Shown here: positions 49,871 through 62,874 of the stretch, piece after piece
Numbering within the stretch: position 1 is the first letter of the stretch
How the letters are laid out: every line of letters begins with the position of its first letter
Origin: Octopus sinensis
Taxonomy: Eukaryota
NCBI RefSeq assembly: GCF_006345805.1
Contig: NC_043010.1
Location: 58,280,001 to 58,344,000 of the forward strand
Length of the DNA: 64,000 nt
Direction of reading: 5' to 3'
Position numbers and translations under genes: made by a program
The notes under the pieces: model-generated
Told to the model about the DNA's origin: nothing
What the model saw: only the letters and a program-made list of their open reading frames with translations
Database searches by the model: none

Positions 49871-51994
49871 TTTTGGCACTGGCGGCCAACACACACTCAC
49901 ACACATGTTCATGTGTGTAGAATTATACATATGCAGGGAGGGAGGAAGAGAAGAAGGAAGGAGAGAAATATTAAAACGTTTGATCGTCAAATAAGTCAGC
50001 ATGAAATCAGCATTGCCAAAACACCTCCTACCCCACCTGATCGTGGTGGGCACCTTTGTTAGTACCCAAGACCAGGTGGTAACTATTTTGGCCAAATCTC
50101 TGGGTTGATGATAACCTCTCTCTTTTTTCTCCCATTGGTCTTTGAAGCTCTAAAAAAGGTCATTGGTGTTGTCCCTCCTCCTTTAATTAAGCAATTAAAA
50201 AGTCTGATTATTATGTTAAACAACCTTAATCAAACCACATCACATGATATACCCCAGTTAAATACCCAGGAGCATAAGATTCTGTGTTTAATTCCAGTTG
50301 AGGGAAAATGTTGTTTAATATCCAGCCAAGTTCCTTTGGTATATGTACCAGTAATATACTGTGGTTCTAGACAGAATTACTGAAGAAGATGATTAGAGAA
50401 GAAGGGGGTTAATAAAGAGGTGTGTGCGTAATGACACTGTGTGTGTGTTCAGAAGTCCATGACCTTCGACCTAGTGTTTGAGTGTCTAAATTTGGTTGTT
50501 TAAAGGTCAGTGTGTTGGTAACAGTGTGAAGGAATGACAGACAAAAACAGACAAATAACGGACGAGAAAGGATAAGCTAAAAAACAACAGAATACCATCA
50601 TTTCACATCTTCAGCCTTTCTCTCTGTTGGGCTGTTTTAGCTGTTTTAACTGAATTTACTCATCATCATCATCATCATCACTACCACTTACCATCATGAG
50701 CAACATGACCACTGACACAAAACAAGCACCACTACCACCACCACCAACACCAACAACATTGGCACCACACCACTACCACAACTGCCCCCCCTTCCCACCA
50801 CCACCCCCACAATCATCTCCATCAACAGAAACGGCACCGTCACCACAGACATGCAAGAAATAGAAACTAAAACATCCCTCAATGTACAAACTTGTTCTAA
50901 ATAAAGCTGAATACATCTCTGATGTACAAAAAGACAGGATGGCCATGGCTGAAACACCTTTCATTATATGATTGTTCCATCATGCTTGACCTGGGGCTAA
51001 ACAACCTATATATATATATATATTTTGGTGCAAATGATTTTTACACAAACACACACGTGTTGTTTAATCCCAGGTCACTTCTAGTCAAACACATTCCAGA
51101 AATGACCATCCCATCTGTTTATTACTATATCCTGGGATAAATCACCCAATATAGCCATTTTCTCAAGATTGAGGTTTGAGAGAGATTTTTGCTGCTATTT
51201 CCAGCATAATGAATGGGCACAAAGGGGCACCATCTGTTGTTGTTGTTGTTGCTAGTAACAATAACAGTGATATTGGTGTTGTTTATAGTGCTGCTGCTGC
51301 TGATGACAGTACTAGTTCTGCTGCTACTGCTGCTGCTGCTGCTGTCCACATTGATTTTCTATAAGGTTTCCAAATGAAGATCTCTTCATTACCCATCACA
51401 TTGCCTGCTGCTGCTGCTGCTGCTGCTCTCCATCTCTCTATTTACACCTCTTAATTCCTGTTTAACTTACCTATATACATATGTGTGCATGTGTCTATGT
51501 GGGTCTTTAGTATATGTGTTTCTGACTTCTAAGTATACGTGCATATAAAGAGAGAGAGAGAGAGAGAGAGAGATAGATGTTTGCATGTGTGTTTGTATTT
51601 GTGTTTATGAGAGAGTTTATATAAATATATAAATATATATATATATATATATATGCATTTACATACATATACACATCCATATGTATGCCTCCCTCAGTCT
51701 GTTTTTACAGCAATTCCCCCCCATCCCCACTGCCCTCCCCTCAATCGCCCCCCCGCCCCCATCACCATCACCACCACACCTGTATACTTCTAGTTCTAAA
51801 TACTAGCTCTATATATTAGCTACAGCTCTTAGCTACTGCATTTAATAGCTACCACAACTATTAGCTACAGCTATTATTTACATATATTACCTACAGGTAA
51901 TATATGAAGCTATTATCAAGAGGTATAACCTTTAGCTATTAGTTGGGGCTGCAAACTGCCTGTATGATGTAGTGATGTTGATGCCCTTCACATA

Positions 51995-52350
51995 GGCACA
52001 GGAGTGGCTGTGTGGTAAGTAGCTTGCTTACCAACCACATCGTTCTGGGTTCTGTCCCACTGCGTGGCACTTTGGGTAAGTGTCTTCTACTATAGCGTTG
52101 GGCCAACCAAAATCTTGTGAGTGGATTTGGAAGATGGAAACTGAAAGAAGCCTGTCATATGTATGTATATATGTGTGTGTGTCTGTCCCCCCCACCATCA
52201 CTTGACAACCGATGTTGGTGTGTTTACATCCCCGTAAAAGAGACCACTAGAATAAGGCTTGCAAAGAATAAGCCCTGGGGTCGATTTGTTTGACTAAAGG
52301 CAGTGCTCCAGCATGGCCGCAGTCAAGTGACTGAAACTGGTAATGGATTA
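51995..52350 (+). mobile_element. SINE, family A (long form)
   Basis: Head and tail blocks conserved. Confidence 0.85.
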
Positions 52351-52489
52351 AAAAAGTAAGAGAATACCTGTTAATTCCACTTATAAGGTCACTTGACATG
52401 CAAGAAATAGCAGGTAATTTCAATGACATCTTAAAAAGGAAGAACATAGTTTATTCCTAGACAGACTAACTGGCACACCATTGGTTACG

Positions 52490-52795
52490 AGGATGAGGGT
52501 GCTAGTTGACCCAGTCAATGAAGCAATCTGCTCAAGAAATGAACATGCAAGTGGCCGAGTACACCACAGACACATGTTCCCTTAATGTAGTTGTCAAGGA
52601 GACTCAGTGTGACACAGAATGTGACAAGGCTGGCCCGTTAGAATTACAGGTACAACTCACTTTTGCCAGCTGAGTGGACTGGGGCAATGTGAAATAAAGT
52701 GTCTTGCTCAAGGACACAGTGCACTGCCTAGAATCGAACTCATGACCTTATGATCATGAGCTGAATACCTTAACCACTGAGCTATGCACCTTCAC
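52490..52795 (-). mobile_element. SINE, family B (alternative tail)
   Basis: Near-copy of 58768-59030 and 60880-61218. Confidence 0.85.
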
Positions 52796-53169
52796 ATTCA
52801 ATAGACAAATCTATGGCATGGTCAAGGTTGGATTGTCATTGTCCATACAATCCCTCATTAAAATACACCAGGTAAGTCCTGCTTGGTCAGGACTGACCTA
52901 AGGTTAAATGACAACAACAACAACAAATCAAGTCAAAAATAAAAACCTGTATATGGTTATTAAATAAGATAGAAATAGTAGCCAGACATCCTTCAACTCA
53001 CATCTTGCTGTCTTATACAAAATACACTATGTCAGAACTAAAAGAGGATAGTCATGGCTAGAGCATCTTTAATCAAAAGACTAATCGATCAAATTTGATC
53101 TGAGTAAAGACAACATCAACGACAACCAATCCACTTCAAACACATTTACTCTCTGTAAGTAATGGAGAT

Positions 53170-53427
53170 CAAGTTGACCCAAAGAATTGATCTAGAAACC
53201 AGCTTCATTTATTGATCATCTTCATCCAGAAGCCAGTTTGATCAAGAGACTAGCCTGGTCTCATGATCAACTTGAGCCAGAGATTAGCTTGATCCAAAGA
53301 TCAGTTTGATCTAGAAATCAGTTTGATCCAGAGACTAGTCTGATATAGAGATTGCCTTGATCCAGAGACCAGCAAGTTCATGAGATAAGATTGATCCAGA
53401 GACTAGCTTGATCCAGAGATCAGCTTT
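53170..53427. repeat. 17-bp minisatellite (TTGATCCAGAGACTAGC), roughly 12-14 diverged units
   Basis: Consecutive in-register units from about 53270 to 53427. Confidence 0.9.
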
Positions 53428-53771
53428 AGCAGCTAACACCATTTGTATGTATGAGCCATGGTTGCTTGATGTGCTAGAAATCATAGTTAAATCTCCCTCA
53501 AATAACTGGGATTTTCATCATGTAGGAGAAATGGCAGCTACCAGCATGGTGAAGCACCATGCTGGTACAGTGAGATGGAGGGGCAAGAGAGAGGAAGAAA
53601 GAGGGGGTAAGTGGGAGGGAGGTGTCGTCAATTCAGAAACCTGGTGCGATTGTTTGCTACAAATTGAACTCCCTTAAAGACCCCCCCCAACTCCCTGGGG
53701 GAACCAGGTGGGTGGTGTTAGGTCAGATATTTGATTATGTCTACCATCTGAGTAGGTTAACAGGAACAAGA

Positions 53772-54445
53772 ACAGGTGTAGCTGTGTGGTAATAAGTTTA
53801 CTTCACAACCACATGGTTCTGGGTTCAGTCCCACTGCATGGCACCTTGGGCAAGTATCTTCTGCAATAGCCTTGGGCTGACCAAAGTCTTGAGTGGATTT
53901 AGTTGAGGGAAACTGAAAAGCTCATAGTATGTATGTGCATGTGTATGTATGGGCCTCACGGAGGCAAGGTGGCTGAGTTCCCTTGAGCATTGGGCCTTAT
54001 GGAGGCAAGTGGCTGAGTTCCTTTCGAGTGTTCGGCCTCACAGAGGTGAGGTGGCTGAGTTCCTTTTGAATGGGCCTCATGGAGTTTCTTTTGAGCATTG
54101 GGCTCCATGGGGGCAAAGTGGCCGATTTCCTTTTGGGTGTTGGGCCTCATGTAGACAAGTGCCCAGACCTTTGGCATTATGTCATGCTTGAGAAGACCCA
54201 TCAAGCTGAGCAAACTCACAGTTGTGGCAGATACCGGTGTCACACAAATGGCACTCGTGCCAGTGACACATAAAAACACTCATTACACCTTCAGAGTGGT
54301 TGGTGTTAGGAAGGGCATCCAGCTGTAGAAAACCATGCCAAATCAGATTGGAGCCTGGCACAGCCTTCCAGCATGCCAGCCCAGTCAAACGTCCAACCCT
54401 TGCCAGCATGGACAACTGATGTTAAAGGATGATGATGATGATGAT
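53772..54445 (+). mobile_element. Composite SINE: family A head, 41-bp minisatellite, family C tail
   Basis: Head 53772-53930; unit GGGCCTCA.GGAGGCAAGGTGGCTGAGTTCC x about 5 at 53951-54155; RTE-type tail to 54445. Confidence 0.75.
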
Positions 54446-54479
54446 ACATATATATATATATATATATCGTGTGTGTGTA

Positions 54480-54730
54480 TATATATATATCGTGTGTGTG
54501 TATATATATATATATATGTATGTACCTTTGTGTCTGTGTTTGTTTCCCACCACCACTTGACAGCCTGTGTTGATTAGTTTACATCCCTGTAACTTAGTGG
54601 TTCAGCAAAAGAAACTGATAAAATAAGTACCGGGCTTAAAAAAAACAATAAGTCCCGGGGTTAATTCCTTCAATTAAAATTCTTCAAGGTGGTGCCCCAG
54701 CATGGCCACGGTCTAATGACTCAAATGAAA
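54480..54730 (+). mobile_element. Family A tail segment
   Basis: CCACTTGACAGCC...AAATAAGTACC...GTGCCCCAGCATGGCCAC. Confidence 0.65.
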
Positions 54731-55148
54731 AAAAGATAGCATCCTGTCCAAAGTTCTAACCATTCTCTTGATTGGTCCTTTATCAACTCCAGAAATATAA
54801 ACGGTAATGCAGACATCAGTGGAATTTGAACCCAAAATGCAAGAATCTGGAATTGGTTCTGTAAGATATTTTGTCTGATTCTTGAACAATTCTTCCAGAA
54901 CACTACATTGCTGGTGTGACCAGTTTTGTCCCCTAAACTTTCTGCAATTCCATGGAGAAATCATTTCAAAATACCAGGACTCATATATACACAACAAAAT
55001 TTCCACAACACTACTCCCAGACACACACAGAACACCCTAAAGCACCACTGCCACAACATCTTTAACACACCATCTTTTCCACTTAACCCAGACAAGCATA
55101 AGGAACATATAAACCTAGAAATAATTACAACACTTAGATGTTCTAAAT

Positions 55149-55635
55149 CAGTGGTTCTCAACCATTTTTTACCTATGGACTCTTTGATTCCTATTGTATT
55201 CTACTGAACCCTTGTAGCCATTTGATGGTTTAAAAATTTTTTATATTTTTATAATTAAACATGATTGACCCTTTCATTTCCAACCCAGCTCTGGCTCTGA
55301 ATATAAATGTCTTGTTTTCATAAGTTTTGCATTAAAATCTTCCACCAAACCCTAGTCACAATTTATGTTCCTAACACTAGCTGAATGATAACTAAGTTAT
55401 TTTACTAAATTCTTTGTTATATTTCAAAGTAATTGAAAGAAACACAGAGCATCTCAAAATAAATGCAGTAACAAAAGGGTTAAGAACTGTATAAAAAAAG
55501 TTGGTGAAATATTTTGTGTATTTTGGAAGTAAAACCAAATAGTTTCACATAAATTTTTGCATCAATATTGTATATAGATCCGCAAGGATCATGTTGACCC
55601 CAAACAGACGTGTGGACCCTGGTTGAGCACCACTG
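55149..55635. mobile_element. hAT-type MITE with a degenerate 8-bp TSD, containing a nested TTAA MITE
   Basis: TIRs CAGTGGTTCTCAACC / GGTTGAGCACCACTG; flanks TTCTAAAT / TTCAAAAG. Confidence 0.8.
55269..55479. mobile_element. piggyBac-type MITE, second copy of 35928-36147
   Basis: Colinear high similarity to the 35928 copy; right flank TTAA, left flank TTGA. Confidence 0.85.
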
Positions 55636-56145
55636 TTCAAAAGACAGCAAAGTTAAGCACAAACATACTTAGAGCTGTCACAGTTACATTTGGCCAACAG
55701 CAATAATGATCTTCAAACAAAACATTAAAATCATGAGACTAGGCTAGTCCTACCTAGCTCCTCTTCTACAACAAACCTAGCTCCATCTTCTACAACAAAC
55801 CAAGGAAGACATGCTAAATGGTGATGATGATGAGGATATACATATGTAGATAAAATAGACAGAGATAATGGGTTATACACATATATTTATTTATTTATTC
55901 ATTCATTATAGGTTTACAAGATGTTTTAAGATATGCATTTGGGTTCAATTTAATCAGTTGATCAACTTATTCATTGAAAAATAGGGAATGCCCCTCACAA
56001 TGATATTTCCATCACAGCCAAAACGAATCAGCTGCCAATGAAAAATATACACACACAGCCCCCCCCCACCACCACCACCACCATATGTATAAAACGTGGT
56101 ATAATTATAAACAGGGCAAATTTTAGCTTAAATCAATTTTCAAAC

Positions 56146-56272
56146 CTTCATTCATTCATTCATTGTTCGACCGTGGTCGAGACAATGGAATTTACCATGC
56201 TACGCCAGACTTCACGGTCCATCATGGCATTACGGAGGTCCTGTTGCTGGATGCCTGTATCCCTGGAGATTT
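56146..56272 (-). mobile_element. 3' end of a LINE with an (ATGA)n tail
   Basis: ISRDTGIQQQDLRNAMMDREVWRSMVNSIVSTTVEQ* then (ATGA)n; DR..WR is typical of RTE-group C-termini. Confidence 0.6.
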
Positions 56273-56461
56273 GGGTTCCCATTAGAAACATCTGCATCAT
56301 TCTGACAGTCTCCAGAGAAACAAGCAGCCAAACTGTTTATATACTCAACAAATGCAGGAGTTACTCTATGAGGGAGTCCCTAAATTGCATACCTAAAGTG
56401 TTTAACACTATAAATACCAGCGGCCTGTCAACGGGGATCTTAGTCCACACAGTATCAGGGT

Positions 56462-57170
56462 ATTGAGACATGGACCTGAATGCGGAGGACATGCAGAGGC
56501 TAGAGAGGAATGCAGCTAGTATGCTCCAGTGGATGTGCAATGTTGGTGTACTTGTGTGTTGAGAGAAAAGTTAAGCATAAGAGGAATTAGATGTAGTGTG
56601 AAAGAGAGAGGATTGTGCTGGTGTGGCCATGGGGGTGGATACCAGTAGCTCCATAAAGAAGTGCTAAACACTCAGAGTGGATGGAACTTGTGGAAAACAT
56701 GGGATGAAGCACTGAAGGACAATCTAGGGACACTGAACCTTATGAAGGAGGTGACAAAGGACTGAGATATGTGGTGCCTTGCCATTCTCAAGAAGACTCG
56801 TCTGCCACAGCAGAAGTGTAAATTCTGCTTCATCTGCTGAAGAGGATTGACGTGCAAGAGCCCTGTGCTAGTGCCACGTAAAAAGCACCAGGAATCAATA
56901 CTCTAAGATAATTTACCAATTCTGATACTTCAACAATTCTGCCAGTTCACTACCTTGCCAGGTGAGACCAGTTTTATCCCCTAAACTTTCTGCAATTCCA
57001 TGAAGAAACCATTTCTCCATGGCATCATGTAAAAGCACTCATACCGGTGCCATGTAAAAAGCATCCAGCCATAAAAACCAGGCCAAACCAGATAGGAACC
57101 TGGTGCAGCTCTGGTCAAACCATCCAACCCATGCCAGCATGGAAAATGGACGTTAAAGGACAATAATGAT
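56462..57170 (+). mobile_element. RTE-clade LINE 3' end (ORF remnant plus family C tail)
   Basis: ETW..NAEDMQRLERNAASMLQWMC...LREKLSIRGIRC...KTWDEALKDNL, then the family C tail. Confidence 0.75.
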
Positions 57171-57180
57171 ATATACATAT

Positions 57181-57243
<63 letters not shown>

Positions 57244-57249
57244 AGTTGA

Positions 57250-57578
57250 GACCCCCTTCGGTCATGACTGACCATGGGATTGCACCTAGAAAGTTCCCCT
57301 CCCAGGCACAAGTCCGGGCAAGGTTGTTTATGGAAGACCAGCAGTTGCCCATGCATACCATCCTCCCCTCTCCATGCCACCAGTGTTATCCAAGGAAAAA
57401 GCAAAGGGGCCGATACAGCTTGGCACCTGTGATGTCGTAACTCATTTCTACAGCTGAGTGAAATGGAGCAACAGGAAATAAAGTGTCTTGCTCAAGAACA
57501 CAACACGCAGCCTGGTCCAAGATTCGAACTCACAACCTCGTGATCGACACTCTAACCACTGAGCCATGGACCTTCACC
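57250..57578 (-). mobile_element. SINE, family B (near full length)
   Basis: Near-copy of 27868-28205. Confidence 0.88.
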
Positions 57579-58767
57579 ACACACATATATATACATATAC
57601 ACACACACATTATATATATAATGTTGTAATTGAAAGGCCTGATTTCCAGTACTCTGAGCAACTTGTTTCCAATCATCAGCTGTATGCACATGGCTAGTAT
57701 TTGTTATGCAAGTACAAACCTCTTTGAATTTTTTTATGGTTCAGAAAAAAAAAAATGTTGGTTTTCAAAATGTTTAATTAATAGGTTTTATTGATATATG
57801 TTTTAATGTGTGCATGTGTGTGTGTGTGTGTGTGAGTATATGCATAAAGGCATATGTATATAGGTATATACATATATATGAGTGTATAATTCCCTGAGTG
57901 TGCATATGTGTATATGTTTGCATCTGTACAGTCACACACAAAATGAACACCCACATACATTCGCATTGTTTTTAAAAGCATTAATTAAAAGTATTAATTA
58001 AAAGTATTACACAAAAGTATTATTCTGGAACATTGCTTAAGCAGCAATGCAATTTCATCAGTTCGATTGTATATAGTTTATGAGGTTCATAATGGTATTG
58101 CCATGAGAACCAGAAATGAAATCGGAAGTGTGAACTCGAAGCCGCTGTTTTCATGTGTTTCGTTCACAAAGGTTTTTAAGCGAAGGAACATTGGGGTAAA
58201 TGTTTTCTTTAAACTTTCATTTTATATTTCACAGATGCTCAGACAGAGGATATTTCAAAAGAAAATCAGCCTTGGTTTACCAGCTGATGACTGGAAACAA
58301 GCAATTCTGACTGAGAGAAATCAAAGCCTTTTAGTTATGATGGATTAAAAGTTGCTCTATGTCTGCATTGAGTCCTGTAATTTACCACTTCTGGTGAATC
58401 AGCAGATATATATATATATAATATGCACAAAGACACATGCATATACATATACACATACATACATACATGAGTGTCCAACTAATACACCTGCTTGTTGATC
58501 ATACACCTGTCTTTGTCTTTTGTTTTTCTATAAATTTCAGTTATATGTGTGTGTGTGTGTGTATATGTTGTGTCTGGGGAGAGATGTATTATCTTAATGC
58601 CTTATTATCTAACACACTCACTGGTTCAGTTTCCACTCATTTATCATTTATGTTTTTTTCCAAACATTTTCGTTGCCTTTGCAACCTTGTCAGTGGATGT
58701 TGACTCTGTCCTTTATTAGAGCTGTGTTCTTTGAAAATGAAGTATATATATATATTTATATAAATGA

Positions 58768-59030
58768 AGGAGCACTGTTGGTTACGAAGATGATGATCCC
58801 AGCCGATATGATCAACAGAATCCCTTGCTCGTGAGTTCTCAGGGAGACTCAGTGTGATTCAGAGTGTGACAAGGCTGGCCCCTTTGAAATACAGGTACTA
58901 CTCATTTTTGCCAGCTGAGTGGACTGGATCAACGTGAAATAAAGTGTCTTGCTCAAGGACACAACACATCACCAGGAATTGAACTCATGATCATGAGCCA
59001 GATGCCCTAACTACTAAGCCAGGTGCCTTC
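58768..59030 (-). mobile_element. SINE, family B (alternative tail)
   Basis: Matches 52490-52795. Confidence 0.8.
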
Positions 59031-60809
59031 GTGTGTATATGTATATATTTATATGCGCAGACACATGCATACACACACACTGATGTATGTATATTAAGGT
59101 GTGTATGCTTGCATTAATGCATATGTGTGTGCATTAATGTGCATGTATTTATATTAATATGCATTAGTGTATGTACATGTGTGTGTGTTTGTGTATATAT
59201 ATTAATGTATATATGTATATGTGTTTGTGCATCTAACATGACTTCAACCAACATTAACTCACCAAATCCCACCTAATTTTCGAGTTGCCTCCCTTGACTT
59301 TGTTTGGGCAATTTATATTTTATTCAAGAAATTTCTTTTCTTTGATACAGCTATAGTCTTGGATAACTAAAGCCAAACTGTTTATCTCATTAAGTATTTT
59401 AACATATAATTCATTAATAATTTCTAAGTTTGGCCCACCACCATAAATGTGGGGCCTAGTATCAGCCGTAAAACCAATTCGTATGAATTACTGGTTCCTG
59501 TCTTATTGAATTCAGAATAATGGAAAATGAAATTAACTTTGGCAATATTTGAACTCAGTGAAGGAATGCCACCGAAAGACAACAGTAGAACAGTGACATT
59601 TCACCAGTTGACCTAAATGACCCAAATGGCTCACATTACTGAAATAATGATAATTAGAACATAATCCTGAATAATTAGAGAAAATCAGACTTCTGAAGAC
59701 TGTGTAATGCAATATGTAGCTTTAAAAATTTGTTACAGAAAATGCTGCTAAAACATCCTCATACTCACAATGACTTCAGAAACTCCCTGAATCACAACTA
59801 ATTACACACAAGTACACACATATAGTTTCTCTCTCACAGGGCTGCTGACCTTCACATTGGAGAGTCTGGTTGCTGAGACACACAGGATGGTTGAGGATGT
59901 TAGTATCTGAAAACTTAACCTGCCAATCAATGAATGTACAACATTTTATGTACAAATTTCAAATGGAGGAATTTATAAAACTTGTTGGCAGAATAAAGCT
60001 CTGTACACTTTCAACTTGGTTTGGAAGCTTAGATGTTTCCTTGTTTAAAGACTCTTGTAAAATTACTAAAAGACGATGATGGCTTTGACAGTTCTACTCT
60101 TTTAGCTACATTGGAAGAATGACAATGATTCCTTTTTTCTACAGTTAATTCGTGGACAGATAATAGAGATTTCATTTAATTTATGGAAAAATACAAGACC
60201 TTTGGGAAAGACTTGAGCATCAATCAAAGTAACAGGAAGACCTGACTGCTGAAAGATTTAGTCCCTGAATAAACCAGGATCAGTCATCATTGGCAGAAGA
60301 CAGAACTGTAGATAATACTACTTGCTCTTGTGGTGGCATTCATCTGGGGTGGGTTGAACCAGTTCTGACCAAAGGGTTCACCATGTCCCTCATGAATACT
60401 GACCACATCTGGCAGCTGGTGCTGTTGTGGTGGTGACTGGATCTACAGCCAACTACTTTGTGGTCAATACCTAAACTGTAAGACAAAAGACTTAAAGACT
60501 CCTTTAAAGGGGAAACATTGACACTTCAATCATGAAAGACATTGTTAGCTGTGGTGCCCTTTGATGGCCTCCCTCTCAGAAAGGTTTCAAGGATCTGGAG
60601 AAGGAACTTGATCACCAGGGGCAAGTCCCCAAACTAATGGCTGGCCTCTCCAAGCAAACATTGATGTCTTGTTTGGAACAACAGCAATGCTTTGAGCATT
60701 GGGATGGACAGTCATTTATGGATCCACAAAAGAAGATGGTCGTCTTTGGATCCAATAGACAACTTTAAGTAAATATACCAGACACACACACACATGCATG
60801 CATATATAT

Positions 60810-60861
<52 letters not shown>

Positions 60862-60879
60862 CACTCCATTAATTGCAAC

Positions 60880-61325
60880 AATGAGGGTTCCAGTTGATCC
60901 GATCAATGGAACAGCCTGCTCGTGAAATTAATGTGCACTCCACAGATACGTGTACCCGTAATGTAGTTCTTGGGAAGATTCAGCATGACACAGAGTGTGG
61001 CAAGGCTGGCCCTTTGAAATACAGGTACAACAGAAACAGGAAGAAATAGTGAAAGAGTACAGCAGGGTTTGCTCACCCCCACCCCACCCATACTGGAGCC
61101 TCATGGAGCTTTAGGTGTTTTTGCTTAATAAACACTCACAATGCCCGATCTGGGAATCAAAACCATGATCCTACAACTGCGAGTACGCTGCCCTAACCAC
61201 TCGGCCATTGCACCTCCACATATCAGGGTCGATGAATTAAGTACCAGTTGCATACTGGGGTCGATCTAATTGACTGGCCCCCTCCCCAAAAATTTTGGGC
61301 CTTGTGCCTGGAGTAGAAAAGATTT
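60880..61325. mobile_element. Family B SINE (minus) followed by a family D fragment (plus)
   Basis: GATCAATGGAACAGCCTGCTC...CCCTAACCAC; GGGTCGATGAATTAAGTACCAGTTGCATACTGGGGTCGAT. Confidence 0.75.
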
Positions 61326-61334
61326 GGTTGAGGG

Positions 61335-61625
61335 AAACTACCAAATGTGAGTGGATTTGGTAAACGGAAACTGAAAGAAGCCCATTCTATGTGTGTGTGT
61401 GTCTGTGTCTGTATTTATCTCACCCCTCTGCACTGCTTGACAACCGGTGTTGGTTTGCTTACAACCCCATATCTTAGTGGTTTGGCAAAAGAGACCAATA
61501 GAAAAAGGACCAGGCTTAAAACAAACGAACAAAAAATGTATTGGGGTCAATTTGTTCAACTAAAACCCTTCAAGGTGGTGCCCCAGCTTGGCCACAGTCT
61601 AGTAACTGAAACAAGATATAAGAAA
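61335..61625 (+). mobile_element. Family A body and tail
   Basis: GTGAGTGGATTTGGTAAACGGAAACTGAAAGAAGCC...GTGCCCCAGCTTGGCCAC. Confidence 0.75.
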
Positions 61626-62144
61626 AAAAGTAATGAATGGGCAAGGGTATTTGTTGCTACTTCTTTAATGGCCCCAGGAAAGGGTTGGGTCCCTTGCATA
61701 TATATGGACACACACAAGTCTCCCTGAAATCACACTTCACTGTCTTTGGATAATGTAGTTTTACATATACAAATACAGGATGGTCGTGGTTGGAATGCCT
61801 AGAGATAAAAAAACATGCACATAGGTGAACACACAAACATACAAACACAGCACACACACACACATACTTGGTGACAGGCAAGCTCACACAAAACACACAC
61901 ACACACACACACACACAAACAGGTAAACACATATACACAAATAATAGCTAGACACACAAACACACACATGCATGCACATACACATTAATGCTCATAGACA
62001 GGCATGTACACACAGACACAAACAGTCCCAAACAAAAAATGTACACATACATACATATACACACAGCCACACATAGAGGGAGACATACATACACATACAT
62101 GCAGGTATAGATAGGCATAGACACAATTATCTCTATACCATGTG

Positions 62145-62512
62145 CCTTCATCATCATCATCATCATCTCCACCATCGTCCTTCTACTCTTCCCATCATCC
62201 TCAACGTCATGACTACCACTACTACTATCAAACCACTACTACCATGATGATGGTAGGGATGGTGGTGGTGGTGATGACGATGACAATGATCCTCATCATC
62301 GTCATAATTATCATCATCACCACTGCTGCTACCACCGCAGTCTCCACTGCCACCACCACCACCACCATCATTACTGCGATCATCATCCTCATCATCATCC
62401 ATAATCATCATCTCCGACATCACTATCATCATCATTATCACCACCACCACCACAACTACCACCATCACACCACAACCATCACCATCATCACCAACTGCAG
62501 CAGCAGCAGCTG
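62145..62512. repeat. Compound (CAT)/(CAC)/(TAC)/(CAG) trinucleotide array
   Basis: Direct reading. Confidence 0.95.
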
Positions 62513-62874
62513 GTAATCGGTACCAATGTACCGTTTCTTCCTAGATCAGCAGAATCAGAGAATGTAGCAGACGCTGCTGGTGCCGACCAGACAATATATA
62601 CACACCCACAGCTACTCTTGTTCTAGAGACCAGCTTCCAACATTCATTTTAGCTTCAATGGACACATCTATGGATAAACATGTTGCAGCTTCTTGTCTTT
62701 CTTTCTTTTTTATTAAAATTTACACTGGTCAATACAGCCTTCTTTCATTAAGACAATAAAGTATGGTGGGAGGCAGATTTAGCTGTTATTTCTAACAGCT
62801 CTTGCTGCCATTTAGAATTCTCCTTATGCTGTGTCTATATATATGTATATATATATATATAAATATTTATATAT

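Noticed and set aside
50066-50082. CTCF-like ACCAGGTGG (by analogy to vertebrate Pcdh promoter elements)
   Set aside because: Only the short core matches and the flanking positions do not; this is expected by chance.
16321-53427. Tandem arrays as CRISPR-like structures
   Set aside because: There are no unique spacers between the repeats, no cas genes, and the context is eukaryotic.
58280-58315. CTGATGA-CTG-GAAAC hammerhead-like string
   Set aside because: Only 3 nt are available for stem II, and stems I and III do not pair.
60150-60700. Possible L1/Tx1-like C-terminal remnant
   Set aside because: No unambiguous motif in any frame.
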